Part shown: piece after piece, positions 32,794 to 47,122 of the stretch
Layout of the letters: the number at the start of each line of letters is the position of its first letter
Numbering within the stretch: the stretch's first letter is position 1
Assembly: GCF_964355755.1 (NCBI RefSeq)
Contig: NC_092672.1
Span: forward strand, 14,446,001 to 14,510,000
Source: Antedon mediterranea
Taxonomy: Eukaryota; Animalia; Echinodermata
Direction of reading: 5' to 3'
Length of the DNA: 64,000 nucleotides
Notes under the pieces: generated by a model
Seen by the model: the letters and a program-made list of their open reading frames with translations, nothing else
What the model was told of the DNA's origin: nothing
Database searches by the model: none
Program-made: the position numbers and the translations under genes

Positions 32794-35700
32794 ATGTTCG
32801 GCTCAGGCTCACTTTTCAGAGATTTTGATGAGGATCCATTTTTCAGGTATTGAAATCTAGGAGGCCTAGCTAGCCTAGCTATAGCTAGGCTAGACTTATG
32901 CTAGGCTTAGCCTACCTGCCTAGTCTCTAGAGGGAGCCAGGGGATAGGCTTGGCTAGGCCTGGCCCTAGTAGACTGCCAATACACAAATATTTGTTTAGG
33001 CTAGGCTATAAGCATCTAGGTAGGTGGTCTACTAGAGGGCGTTACTGCAGTTTCGCACCACACCGTTATATCTTCGATTTCTCACCTAAAAACTTTCCTT
33101 TTTTACACTCGCAACATAATATTATGTAACATGTTTATACGATGATTGAAAATTTTCATCTGGTTTGTAGGTATAAGTATATTGGAAATATTCTTTTTTT
33201 CAAACCAATAATTAGTAAACTAACCTTGACAGTTTCGCTAGTTAGAGGTCAGTCTGTTTGATGATAGATCGTCATTATTTCTGAAGAAGCTGTCCGATCA
33301 GGACAGCGAAACTGTCAAGGTTAGTTTACTAATTATTGGTTTGAAAAAAAGAATATTTCCAATATGTTTATACGATTCGACCACTTAGGAAGTAATTTTT
33401 TTTAAATAACAGTAATTTTCAAAACATTTTAAACAATACTGAACTCGCTGTCAACACACTGCGAAATGTTCGCCATCTTATATTTATCACTTACATAATT
33501 GCCAGAATGTAGGCCTATGCTTCATTTTCCCCAAAAAATGTAGAAACTATAGAGGGCAGTGTTATAAAATCCGATTACACATAGGCCTATTTAGTTTTGA
33601 AAGGCAACCAAGAAATGTTTTCAGCTGGCGAAATAGAGGTTACATTAATATTTCATTATTATTAGTATTATTATTCATATTAATAGGTCCTATCAAAGTA
33701 AATTATCTCGGGTCACTAATCAATACATTCACTAAAACAAAAACAAATCATTTTCTATTTTTTAATACAGTGAGATAGCAATATTTGCTATGATCATGGG
33801 TTAATCCATGCTGTGTTTTACATATTGAAATTAAAATTGAAATATGGTTTATGATTTTTAAAACTGTGAATTGTTTAAAAAAAAATAAAATGTTTCATGT
33901 ACGGACTCATATCGTCGCCGTTTTGATATGTACAGCTGGTTCTTTATAAAAACCACTCTGCAGTTTAAAAATAAAAACAGAAAATAAAACATACATTGAT
34001 TTCTGGCAATTTTCTAATTCTAAAATGGCCACAGTTCGATCGAGTATTCGAGGAAAAGGAGCTGTTTTGAAAGGCATTTTTTATTGTGATAAAGGTAATA
34101 TAACGGTGGCTAAATCATAGGAACAACATGTTACATAATGGCCCAAAATTGTATGATGTGGGTGTGAGAAAAAAAAATTAGGTGAGAAATCGAAGATATA
34201 ACAGTGTGGTGCGAAACTGCAGTAGCGCCGTCTACTAGACCACCTACCTAAAAGATAGATCATATAGATGCTCTCTCTAAAACTTAAAGCCTAGAGGGGT
34301 AGGCGTAGGGCCTGTATAGGATGCATTGAATGGATGGATGAGGGTTTACATAATATAATAATAATACTTTAATAGTACCATGGATGGAGGTAAATTGTTG
34401 GCGTCAGATGAAATCGGTCGCGATAAAATCAACATCCGGTATTTTGTATGGAGTGCTCTACATACCCTTTTTATCATATTATATTAGTTACGTTCGATAT
34501 CGGTTGCGTTTTATTTTTTATACAGGTTTCAATGAATTGTAATGTGTTCTTTTAGAAAAATGTTTTTTGTTTTATTGTGCAAGTTTTTAAAAGATTGGCA
34601 TACGCACCTATTGCATATTTTTTAATCACAGTTAATTACGAAACTCGTTCTATGCAATAAAGATGATGCATGATGATTTTTGCATTCCGCCACTCTGACG
34701 TGAGTATGGTTTTAGGATAATAATAAAATATATAGATAAATATGCCGTTATAAATCAATCTACCGAGCCTACAGTAGGCCTATGATGTACAATGATAGAT
34801 GTGAGAATAATAATGGATGGATAATAAAGGTGACGGGACACGATTCTCAAAGAGGTATTAAATCTGCAATATTTAAACAAATAGATTTACGGCGTAGGCC
34901 TATGTATGTGAGAAAGACACTGAGTTGTACTTGCTTAATTATTTACATTAAATGATTATTATAAATGAAGAAATAAAAGATTTTCAAATTAAAAACTGTG
35001 GTATCGCCGATTGTTATATACATTGTTTCACAAAACACGTGCAGGAGGCCTATAGACGTTCCAGAATGTATGGTTATTAGTAATAAGAAGACATCATCTT
35101 TACCTGGCCATGGACAATGATCGTACATGTTTTGTCCATGATTTGACACACTAACAAGTACATGTTTGTTAAAAAGGGGTAACCCCATCAGAAAAATAAC
35201 GTACTGTTAGAGGAAACAGCTGCACGGTCATAGAAGGCGCAGCTCTGATATGGTTTATTCGGGGGTTTATTTCAGTAACTTGCCTTTTAACCATCCACAT
35301 GATCAATTTACTAAAAACTATTTTAAACATTAGAAATAAAAATATACACATGATTTGCCAAAAAAATAATTATTATACACTTAATAATATCCTACATAAC
35401 GGACATAAATAAAACAGAAATAAAAATAATTGAATAATATGCTGTTTAACGACATGGATATGATATATCTGCCACAGTAGTGTATGCATATCCATTTTTA
35501 TACTTATGCAATGCATAAGTATAAAAATGGATATGCTGGCTTTATAGGCTATACATTGTAAAAATTGTTTTTTATAAATTGTTCTCTTTTACGTAATTGT
35601 GTGCATAATAAAAGACACCGACGTATATTCTCTATATATAATATATTATTAATTACAGTACATATAAATAGAGTTAACATATTATATGCTATTATTGTTA

Positions 35701-38700
35701 TAATATTTAAACGTGTTTAGAAATGGCCATTTTGAAAGACACAGATCCTTCTCCGAGACCTGTAAAATAAAAAAAACCAAATTAATTATTGATAATAAAT
35801 ATTTATTAACCAAATAAAAAATATCCACATAAATAATTAATTAAATCTATATAAACGAAGACAATGTATATTCCGCTCGCATGCATCCCGCTCCATACAA
35901 AATAGCGTGACCGTTTTCAAACGTGACTGATTTCATCAAAAGTATTATAGCTCTAGTGGCGCGCTATACAAAATATGGGAAGTTGATTTCAAACGCGACC
36001 GATTTCATCATAAACCATATCTCCATGATATGCCTAGTACATGCAAGGTTAAAAATAAGACTCCTTTCTTTTAAATAATGGTTTTTTTTTTCTTAAAGAA
36101 GTAAAATAATAATTGGAAGATCATAAATTTTGTGTTAAACAATTTCCCTGCAATTTGTTATGTTTTGTAAAAATAATGCATACCCTAGGCCTATTTATCA
36201 CCAGATCATTCCTTGTGTTGTGGTTGCATCACAGAATCACTCTTCCACGCCCATTCAGGTAAATGCTAATCTTTGCCTGGTAGTAGGGCCCGGTATTGCC
36301 CAGTAGGGTTTTATGAGATGAAATGTTATCAAAAGTACACGCTAACATAATATTTAATTTTGTTACAATATTTAATTAATGTAATTGTACATTTTTTAAT
36401 ATAAAGAATTTTCTTTTTATGAACTGAAGACCAGCCTCTGTGATAAATGGTGTTTTGGTGTTGACATGTTACGAATTTAACAATATTTTAACTGATTTTA
36501 AGTAAAATTTACGACTATATAAGAATCTTAATAACATGTACTTGACATTATTTTATATAATAAAACGCTACCTTGCGATACCGGTATTTATATTTAAACT
36601 ATTACAATCAACATTTTTTTTACATTTTTAACCATTTAAAAGACAAACAAAATTATCACAATAGGTCCATTTATAGTATTTATTTTTACATAAAATGTAG
36701 TTTATGACCTTTAAAAAAAAGGGAAAGCATGGAGGTATAATACTCCATGGGTAAAGTGTCTTTAGGGCTATTCCACGTTAACTTGTGTTACATTTTATGG
36801 GTAGGAATTAGTGTTTGTGTTGTTATTTTCATATACAATAACCTTGAGGGTACTATAAATGTTTACTGTAAGTGTAAGGGTAGTTTAAAAGTGTATGAAC
36901 TATACTAGACAAGAAAAAACCCAAAATAATCATTTGTTAACTCTTGTTACAAAAAAAGGAACATGACCAAAAAAAGGGAACACGTTCATTGAAATTCTTA
37001 TACTAGTAGTAAGCTATGGTTAAAAAGTTATTGCAACAAAATAGCACCAATATGTACTGTCAAGAATACTTTATACTTACGTTGTCCTTAGCCGTTTGGG
37101 GGCTGTTAAGCACACTGTAGATGATGTAGCAACTCTCCTCCATGTGGCCCTGTCCTCTGCCATCCTCAGTGTCTTATTGTGAATCAGTTTGGTCCATTCT
37201 TTGATGTTGTCATTCCAGTGTGTCTTGGGTCTTCTCTTTTCCTCCCACCTTGCACAGCAGTGCCTTGCATGATTGTTTTGTAGTGTGGCCGTACCATATC
37301 ATCTTTCTGATTTTGACAATGAGGTAGAGATCATCATGTGTTCGGATGGCTTCTCATAGTCTTACTCTGTTTCAGATTCCTTCATTTGTTTTTCAGTCTT
37401 TGTTTGTGACACCCAGGATCTTCCTGTAAACATCTCATCTCAAATGCTTGTATTTTTCTCTAGTTTGGCTGTAAGGGTCCATATTCATAAATGTCCATCA
37501 TTAAATTTTAAATGGTATATACTGTATGTTGGTAACTCGCGTTATATTATGCCCAGGATATAATAAAGTCTAATTGTACTGTAGAAACAATTTGTTCACA
37601 AGATTAATTAAACTTTCTTAAACGTCAACTAAAAATGCAGTACTGTACTTTAGAAAACTATAAGTCTTTTCATTTCAACCAAAAAAATTAATTCATAGAG
37701 AAAAACTTTATGCTTTTGTAACTTGTGTTTACATACGTAATTCATATTTTCAGAAATATTAAAGATGTATTGTCCCTTTGACTAATTCCAAAAAAATAAA
37801 AAATAAAAGATTTTGAAAAAGGTGGGTCATTTTGAAGTATCCTAATAGTTATTAACTATCACCAAAAATTTTGTGAAAAAAAAAAAATTTAACTGAAATA
37901 CAGACGTTGTTTTGTTTTGTTTTTGACTTCCAGTCAAAGTTTTCAATCAAAACATATCCCATAATGAAACGCGCTTGTTTGGCTACTCTGTATGCATAAT
38001 CATAAAACTTCCTCATGATCTGTGTGAACATACATACACGTACATACAATAATGCGTACTCATGGTTTGAAATCTTTGTTTACTTTCGCTCGTGACGATT
38101 TTCCAGACGAATTGAAATGTAATCAAACTAATTTACCTGTTAATTACGTAAACTTGTTGTTTTTGGCTCAAATTTTCAACTTAAAGTGAATAACTTTAAT
38201 ATTACTTTGATATGGCCACTTTAAATTTAGAATATTTTGACCTTCATTTTTTTGTGTTTCAAGGGACAATACATCTTTAAAGAAAATACGATAATTTTTT
38301 TTTCTCATAGAAGTATAACTTATGTGTAATGCAGGAAAGGTATAGCATTTATGATATTTTGAGAATGACATTTTTAGGTCATGTACATTTCTTTAGTCAA
38401 ATAATACTCAAATTATAATCAGAAATAACTTTTAGAATCTTATGCCTAGCAAATGTACACCATGTATGATTACTTTATTTTTATGAATAAATTTCCAATA
38501 CTTTATACTGTGAAACACATACAATTTCTTTTCTAACATCAACCTTTAACTTTCTAACACACAGTGATTTCCATCGTCGGCATAGGCAGAATATGTCAAG
38601 TATGCTGGGTGACTTCGGAATGGGATTTGGTCCTCATGACCCATTCTTGGCCATAACAAATGGTCATCATTCTAATAGGGCATTCAATCACCAGTCAAGA

Positions 38701-41700
38701 TCAACTAGGCATCCACAACAACAGGTATTACATGTTCTCATACTTTATTCTTGCGAGGGAGGCTTAGTGAATGCAATGCAACGTGCAATACTTCCAATTT
38801 TTTAAAAATAATTATGAAAAATAGAATAAAAAAACATTAATTTTCTAATTATAGCTTCAAATGGCACCATTTGGTATGTTTGATATGTTCTCCAATATGA
38901 ACCGCATGATGGCTGATATGCATCGCAATTTTGTAAGTTTTTTTAGCTTATATAATGATTTATTAATGCTTTACATTCAATATAAATAATTTTTAATTAT
39001 TAAAAATTAACTTTTTTAAAATAAGCCTTTTTGTAGTAAAATATTGGGGCAATTCCACGGTGACGGAATTACACATTTTCCATAATTTTACATTTTAATT
39101 CCTTGTATCTTTTTAGTTTAAGGCAGATTTCAAAACAAGTTTAATAGTTTAATAGCTAGTGATTCTACTAATTATTTCCACAAAAAAAAATAATTAAAAA
39201 ACCAACCATATTTTTTTATAATATCATAAAACATATACCGTGACGGAATTTCGCCGAAAAACCACCTCATTTTTACCCCTAAACATTTCATTAAAACTCT
39301 GTGAATTGTACTGGAAATTAAAAAAATTTATACATTAAATTTAGCCATTATTTAATGTAGTATTGAACATAAGTTTTTATTTTTTTTAAATAGTTTCAGT
39401 TTTTGATATATAGTAATAATTTGACACATGGTCCGGTGACGGAATTACAGTGACGGAATTACCTCTGAAATTGAAATCTGCAGACCATCTTTAAATTTAT
39501 TTAATAAGGGTTTCTGAATAATTTTAAAGGCAAAATACAATATATTAAGAAAAAACAGTCTTACAAAATTGTTGCAATGTTAAAAAAAAACCATTATTTC
39601 ATTTGATCTAATGGTTCTAAAAACAGATATTAATATCACAAAAATATGAACTTATTTTGTTTTAATATATGGATTATATAGAGTATTTTGAATTAGAAAT
39701 ATTACTAAATATAATAATGAACACATACCAATATCTGATAAGAATAAAATTACATTTTCTATTATTGTATTGTGATATTTAGGTGAAATATGAATATGAT
39801 TACGGAATTATACAGTTGAATTAATGTTATTTACATGTTTAAGTTAACAGTGACTATTGACCGTATTCCAAAAAAACATTTTATCCCATAGCTCTGTGGA
39901 AGTGGTTCTTTAAAGTGATACCTTTCTTTAGAGTCCATCAATGGTGCTGGGAGTACAGATACAATTTGATCTCTATTAATTATCCCATAAGTCCCAACCA
40001 AGTCTTTAACAACAAAAATCTTCCCTTATCAAACTTATATAAATGAATAATGTTAAGTTCTGGTTTGTCTTTAGGAATGTCATCAACTATTGCAACATAG
40101 TTAAACATTTTCTTGCTTCTTTCTATGGTATATTTGATAAGAACAAAATCTCCTTTCTGTGCGTTTATAGGTTCATTTGTTTCATTTAAAAAGAATTGTT
40201 TATTCCGTACTATATGGGAGTTGTTCTTTCTGTACAATGGGAATTATTCTGAGAGTGCAAGTGAGTCACATGAATAAGTTTTAGTTATGAGAAAAGTCTG
40301 GAAGTTATGTAATAACTTGTTCTGTACATTGGACATTGTTCGCATTTCGCATTTAACTTAGAAATATTTGTCATGTTCATTTTATGCATCCTTCTCATCC
40401 ACTTTTTATTTCAACCCAAACATTAAATATTTTTGACCTTTATACGAAACACACTGCTATATTTATGTATCAATATAAACATAATCTATTACCTGAATCA
40501 TTTAATAACTTATTTAGTACATCTGCCTCATTCCATAATTACTCAACTAGAAACAGGTCAAACTACTGTCCACAACTAAAACGCACCAAAGTCGGACAGC
40601 AATGTATTTCCTACCAAGGAACACATATTTGGAACAATTTAACAAACTATATAAAACAATCCCCCACTTTAAGTTTGTTTAAACAGAGATTAAAGCAATA
40701 TTATAACAATAGAAATATTTAAGTTAAGTAAATCACATTATGTTATTTTGGTTTGTTCTTTTTGTTTGTACTAATTGTTTGATCTTTTTGTTAGGGTTAC
40801 ATGCTTAAAGCACTTGTGCTTATTTTGTATCCCATTCCATTATCTTATTATTTGTATTGTATTTGTATATGTTTTTATTTTGATTATGGAATAAAAATGT
40901 CGATGAATTGAATTAATGGCAGGTGTGATAAATAACAAAATAAATTATTAGAGTTCCTAGGCCTGAGAAAAAAATCGAACAAAAGAAGCCATAGATCCAT
41001 AATAATAAACAACCACATAAACTTTGTACACATTTTGCTGGTAGCTGTGTTCATGCTAAGAAAAAGTTGCTTAAAAAATGGTTTTGCATCAATACTATGT
41101 TAAATAATAGTGTTGTGGAATTACGTAATTCCGCAACCAATGATTTGTGACGGAATTTCAGTTTTAAAACTTCAATAACTTAAGAAATAATAAAAATTAA
41201 AAACAATAATTATCATAATATAATGTCTATACTCTTGCTTGATTTGCATTAGTCTTGATTTTTTACAGAAGTTATTATTTTATAAGAAATCCTAAAAAAA
41301 AAACCACTTTTTTGTGTCGGAATTACAAAATATGATACATTATTATTATTGGGCCAAAATTAATTAATGTAAAATCAGAAATAATTTTTTTTTTGTCTTG
41401 TGTCTAAAATGTTATGTACTAAACTGAAATAACATGGATTTTAACTTTTTACACCACTCTGATTATTTATTACTGAAGCTGAAAAAGGTCATACATTTCT
41501 CATTTTCATTACATTTTTAGGTATCAATTTTTGAATCAAATTTTCCATATCATATCAAGGCGCTAATTTTTTTTTTTTCATATAACCTAATTCTCTGTAA
41601 AATAATCTTTAATTTGATACCAAATATAGTTTGATTGGTTTAATTTGAAAAAATGGAAAAAAAATCCTCTTCACTATGGAATTGCCCATTGGTTTAATTA

Positions 41701-44700
41701 TAGTCATACATGGCTTAAATTATTTTCTCCCATCAACTTTTGTAAACACCAGTAGGTGTGTTATAAATAAAACAAAAATGTAAATTTTGATTAAGGGATA
41801 ATATTTCATTTGTTGAAGTCTGACTGTTCTATCATCAATGGGCTTTGCCTCATTGATATCATCAATGGGCTTTGCCCATTGATATCATCAATGGGCTTTG
41901 CCTCATTGATATCATCAATGGTCTTTGCCTCATTGATATCATCAATGGGCTTTGCCTCATTGATATCATCAATGGTCTTTGCCTCATTGATATCATCAAT
42001 GGGCTTTGCCTCATTGATATCATCAATGGGCTTTGCCTCATTGATATCATCAATGGGCTTTGCCTCATTGAATGATAGAATAAATATATGTTCTCACCAT
42101 TCTACTCTACTATAATCATTCATTATTGATATTTGTATTCAGTTTATGATTATTTTATTAGTGTTATTATTTCTTACTAAAGAATCTGATATCCTGCAAA
42201 GCATTGATTTACCTCCCTTATGTCTTCCACATAGTTGAATTATTTATACAGGTACTGTACTATGCAGTTAATAAAAAGGGTGTTTATTATTATCTTTGCC
42301 ATTAAAATTTGTTACAGAATTGAAACTATATTTTGATTATAAAAGCAGCAAACAAGTTTTAGGAAATATCCGTTTTAAAAATCACTAATATAACAATTTT
42401 CATGATTACAATTTACATTGGAAAACTAATGAATCAAATTGTTTTAACAACAGGATGGTGTTGCTAATACTCCGAGTCCTAATGGCCACGCGTTCAGTCA
42501 TTCGTCATTTACTAGTTACTCAAATACCGGTGATGGAGCACCAAAAGTTTACCAAGCCACATCAAGTACAAGGCAAGCACCTGGAGGTGTAAGTAACCCT
42601 TACTATATACCATTTAACAAATTTTAGGTTAATGTTCAATCAGTATTGAAAAATACATAAAAGGTAAACTACTGTAGTGAGAAGAACTAGCCACTGTTAG
42701 GATTTTTAAAATAATAATTCCATCAAGAATAGGATGCAGCGTGTTATTATCAACGGGAAATTATCAGATTGATCTAGTGTCCCTCAGGGTAATGTCCTAG
42801 GTCCAATTCTTTTTTTGATAACTCTTTACCTAAAATTTGAGAATCCTAAATTAAAATAAATAGATAAAATTGTTTTAGGTGTTCCTACTCTATACAGAAG
42901 GTTAAGGGCTGATATGATTCAGGTTTATAAAGTAATACATGGTATTGACAATTTAGATATTGATACTTTTTTCCCGTTTAAAGACTTTCTAAAATAAGAA
43001 ATAATTTTCAGCAATGTTTAGGCCCGTCAGAATTTTATAGTTTTTGTTGTACTAGTACAGTCTCTTAAAAACACAAATTTATTATTATTAATTTGTAAAA
43101 TGCATTAATTGAGCCGAATCGATCATCCCTAAGGCTGAATTGTTCAGCTACCGCTCTCCACATTCATAGAAGTACTGAGGAAGAAAATCAAGTTCAGACT
43201 GTACAATGGAGTCGACCAGAGAACATACGGTTGAATACTTTAGAGATATATATCAGTACATAAAGTTATTTTTTATTTTATACTCTATTTAGATTAAAGA
43301 AATTAGAAAGACTGTTCGTGATTCGGCGGCTGGCATTGAGAAAATGGCAGTTGGCCATCATATTAGTAAGTAAAAGATAACATAATTTATTGCTTTTAAA
43401 AATAATTTGTTTGTTTGTAACGACTGCCACACTTGTTCCTCCATATTGGCCATTAAAATTGTTTCCACTTTGTCAATTCAGCCAGACAATGTGCTAGTAA
43501 AATATCACATGGTGTATTAGACACAATTTGGGAGCAGCAGTCTATGAAAAGTGCTTCCCTTTCTTTCTGTGCAATTCGGGCAAATGTTACATTGAGTGTA
43601 TCAAACCATGAATACAGGACTTACAGTACCTTATATCACTCATACCTCAATTCTATATCTTTTTTTAGACGATCGCTCCCACACTATAAAAAAGTCTCGC
43701 AACACAAGGTCCAAGGATATGGAAGAAGAACAAGAGTTTATTAATCTTGATGAATGTAAGTTTTACTAATTTAGTTTCAGGTTTCATTGAATTAAGAAAT
43801 CTACTAATCTACTATGTTAAGTTACATTTTTATAGAAAAACAGACCATTTATTTACACAAATTATTATTAGTATTTATACAATGTATATATATCAATACT
43901 ATAGATGGTTGATGCCATCTCCTTTTTCATAAAATTACAAAACAATTTGTCATAGACAGTTTTTTTTTTTTTAAAAAAAAGGTAAACTGATTTCATGGAC
44001 ATTGGTGAAATCAAATCTAACATCTAATTGTTATTTTTCAAATTGTTTAAATCAGCTGATGCAAAAGCATTTGACGATGAATGGCAGACAAAGACCAGAC
44101 ATCATAGGCCAGCAGCTGTACAAGATCGCTCTCATAAGTCAAGACCTAGATACTCTCCAGCTATTACAGACGGAAGAATGTAGGTTTTCACTCTTTTTGG
44201 GATATAACCATTTAATCATAAAATAACAGCTGGAATTGCAAGTACCTTCACAGCCATGGTTTGGTTGCCATGCATTCTACCTGTGAACATCATTTAGGTA
44301 GAAGGAAGGCTCTCAGAAGGTGTGGGCCCTGAAAGTTTGTATTCTGTTGTGGCGACTATAAAAAGAGTAGGGCAAAAAGATGGTCATTGGGTGTCAAACT
44401 TGGCTCGCACCTCCATATTAACAATTAAAATTTGATTGGCCAGTTACGCATCACCAGTTACGAATGTCATTTGGAGTTAGCCCTATCTAACAAAAAAGTG
44501 CTTTCAGCTTTCTGTAAACATTCTTTCTCTAAACGACTGATCGTGTTGGGAAATCTTCTCAGCGCATCTAATGTTTGAGCATTTCCTAATGGCCTAGTTT
44601 TCCAGCCTAACATTGGTCAATAATTTCTGATGGATGACTTGAATAAAAGTCTCACTGTTTTGTATTCGTTGAATAGAGAGAATATTTTATTCAATGAAAA

Positions 44701-45087
44701 ATTGATGCAGCTTCGCCCTGTTAAAAATAGAGCAGTCACTTTTTCAACTCATGAAATATTTTCACCATCCAACTCATAAACATTCATTTTTGTAGACTGT
44801 ATATTTTTTTATTTTTTATGTCTTGTATTTTCATTTCAATCAATTTCCTTGCTGCAAAAGAACTCAATTTTAATTGGGTTCTTTTAAAATAGCAAGCTCT
44901 TGTATATGCCTCCATGCAGCTACATTAAACAAAACATATGTCATACGTATTGTAATCATGGTTCATTTCACTTTAATTATTTTCTAGTGATACACAACAA
45001 CCTGGTGAACAAAGGAGAAAGAGAACGCACAGAGAGTCAGAAAATGATCGTACCAGAGTTGGATTCAACTCACAGCCGAAATACTAA
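32794..45087 (+). CDS. MLF: Myeloid leukemia factor (MLF1/2 family), 8 coding exons
   Basis: Exons 32794-32846 ([17 protein letters not shown]), 38565-38724, 38855-38932 ([19 protein letters not shown]), 42454-42588 ([35 protein letters not shown]), 43293-43365 ([24 protein letters not shown]), 43669-43755 ([11 protein letters not shown]...[11 protein letters not shown]), 44056-44179 (DAKAFDDEW) and 44988-45087 (stop). All GT-AG with consistent phases. Confidence 0.92.
33037..34230. mobile_element. Non-autonomous TIR element (MULE-like, apparent 9-bp TSD TCTACTAGA)
   Basis: TIR GGGCGTTACTGCAGTTTCGCACCACACCGTTATATCTTCGATTTCTCACCTAA is mirrored at ~34178-34230. TCTACTAGA lies at 33028-33036 and 34231-34239. 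Internal ~60-bp inverted repeat at ~33178-33365. Confidence 0.78.
34379..36027. mobile_element. Degenerate TIR element with CATGGA... termini
   Basis: GATGAAATCGGTCGCGATAAAATCAAC...ATTTTGTAT (~34407-34449) is mirrored by ATACAAAAT...GTTGATTTCAAACGCGACCGATTTCATC (~35966-36009); right end CTCCATG. TSD not resolved. Confidence 0.55.
37075..37485 (-). mobile_element. RTE-clade LINE 3' fragment (decayed)
   Basis: Minus strand shows KTIMQG...[15 protein letters not shown]...AEDRATW-like remnants with frameshifts. Confidence 0.65.
39047..41687 (-). mobile_element. Decayed DNA transposon with GGGCAATTCCA TIRs and 4-bp TSD (Sola2-like), with a nested LINE fragment
   Basis: GGGCAATTCCACGGTGA (39047) and TCACTATGGAATTGCCC (41687); ATTG on both flanks; repeated subterminal GTGACGGAATT motifs; minus-strand coding remnant GDFVLIKY...YVAIVDD...IVSVLPAP...RYHF at ~39900-40240. 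Confidence 0.72.
40384..40915 (+). mobile_element. CR1/L2-group LINE 3' end
   Basis: ORF 40384-40722 (PLF...LNIFDLY...HNYSTR...[20 protein letters not shown]...FKQRLK) is the typical C-terminus of CR1/L2/Crack ORF2, followed by an AT-rich 3' UTR and a GAATT tail. Confidence 0.8.
41830..42070 (+). repeat. 27-bp minisatellite (ATCATCAATGGGCTTTGCCTCATTGAT), ~9 copies
   Basis: Directly visible; it generates the periodic spurious ORFs at 41810-42115, 41862-42068 and 41872-42075. Confidence 0.95.
42775..42965 (+). mobile_element. CR1-type LINE reverse transcriptase remnants
   Basis: Fragments translate as [12 protein letters not shown] and [21 protein letters not shown]. Confidence 0.6.
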
Positions 45088-45509
45088 GGAGTGTGCAACA
45101 GTGCAAAATAATTCTATTAAGTTTATTATCTGCTTGTGTTACTAATATTTATTCATAGCGAAGTTTACATCATGGTTTTCAAATATTATTACTGTGTATA
45201 TGAAAATAAAGTATATGATTATGATGTGGACTATTTGATGTATTGAAAGTGATGAGTATTGTATGTATTAGGGGTATTGTAGCCAGAAAGAGAACAAAGT
45301 AATTTCATATAGATACAAATGAATGTTTTAGTCTAGAAACTAAACCCATTGTTCAGAAAAGAAATCCATTGTCATTTACAAATATTACATTGTGAAAATA
45401 ATTTTATTTTACAATAACATAAATTGACATTTTTCAGTTTCAACCAATTTTGGGGAAAAATACAGTATCTTTAATTGAATTGAATTGAAATTGAATTTTG
45501 AATTGAAAT

Positions 45510-45620
45510 TTATATTTATATTTATACTGGGTAACCTCTTCAGTCAAAGACTGGTCTCCCAGAGGGCCCAGTTGGTGATCAGTGGCTGTGATGTACTAAT
45601 ACACCGGGGTAACCCCCTAC
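45510..45620 (-). mobile_element. 5'-truncated copy of the Deu-like SINE
   Basis: Reverse complement of ~20089-20190 (GTAGGGGGTTACCCCGGTGTATTAGTACATCACAGCC...CCCAGTATAAA). Confidence 0.8.
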
Positions 45621-46322
45621 ATTTAATTAATGTTTCTGTTGTGATGTTGCTAAATGCATTGCGTTAACAGGCTTAGGGTAGATCAGATGCTTTGATTATA
45701 TTTTGCAGGACTTTCTCTACATCTTTTGAATACTAATTTTTTAGGTATTTTCAGGACTGGCTTGAAAAAAAATAATGCTAAAAACATCTGTAGGTAATGT
45801 ATATAATTAACTGAATGAAATGTTGTAGTTTTGGTTTCAACAGACGCTATGTGCATCAGTACATTTGAGCACATCAATTTGTCGCAGGCACCCACAAAAT
45901 CTAGCTTACAGGTATATACTGTTGAATTTGCAATGTAGTCTATTTATGGTAATGAAGTGTACTGTAGCCCCAACTGCAAGTTTCTGATATTCATTCCGTA
46001 CATTTGATGTAAATGTCGAATCAGATAACTACATTACTGACAACAATATAAAAGTAAATTACAATGCTTTGATTACATTTTCATGTGCTACCTGCATGAG
46101 TATTAATACACTTTCCAATATATTAATGTTATCTTTATTTAAGATTAATGATTTATTTATATCTTTCTGCTGTCAATAGCATTAACCATTTTAAAGTGAT
46201 TAGTACTTAAATCTGTTACTAAAAAAATGCAGATGTTTTGTTTATTTAGAGTAAATTGTACATCAATAAAAGTGTTCCTTTCAATTTTCTGTGGTTTTTT
46301 TTAAACAATTTGTGCATTCAAA

Positions 46323-47122
46323 GGGTGCAGGTCAAGTCGGCCCCAAACCGTCTCGGTCAAGTCGGCCCCACGTCAAGTCGGCCCCAAGTCAACTCGGCCT
46401 CAAGTCAACTCGGCCTCAAGTCAACTCGGCCTCACGTCAACTCGGCCAAAAACTAATCGGTCAACTCGGCCACAATAAAGTATGGAACGCAAAAAGTGCT
46501 TAATATTACGATTCTTACTATCCACGTTTTAAAAAAAATGAAGAAATAAAAAATATAATATATAAAAAAATGAACTAATTGCCGATATGAATAGAAGTAC
46601 CCGCGTGTTACAAAAAAACACGTGCAGGTACCGTATTTTAGGAAATCGAAGACGGAGGCCTACGTTCCACCATTTGGCCATAGAAAAAATGATCGTACAT
46701 CGTTTTTGTGCATGATTTGCGTTTTTAAAAAAGGGGAATCCCCCGGTCAGCGAAAACACGTCGCAGTTGTAGATATCGAAAAAGCTGGCAAACGCGCAGG
46801 GAGGCTCAGCTACGAAATTTTATTAAACGTAAATAATTAAAGGAAAGTTGGTGAAATCATTCCTATTTTTTTTGCTAAATATATTATTGTCTAAATAATA
46901 TTATTCATTAAAAGTCAGAATTATTCATAGTTAAAAAAGAAGAAATATTATTTTATCAATCCCCTTCATTTACACTTTTTGCGTTCCATACTTTAACGGG
47001 GCCGAGTTGACCGATTATTTTTTGGCCGAGTTGACTTGGGGCCGACTTGACTTGGGCCGACTTGACTTGGGGCCGACTTGACTTTGGCCGAGACGGTTTA
47101 GGGCCGACTTGGATCGAAACCC
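46323..47122. mobile_element. Foldback-type non-autonomous element with subterminal 15-16-bp tandem repeats
   Basis: Left array of GTCAA(G/C)TCGGCC units (46331-46470), right inverted array of GGCCGA(C/G)TTGAC (47001-47110); flanking direct repeat (C)ATTCAAA. Confidence 0.82.

Noticed and set aside
32860-33020. Cluster of CTAG/TAGGCCTA motifs after MLF exon 1
   Set aside because: The motif is scattered across the whole window and looks like a genome-wide compositional trait rather than a local system.
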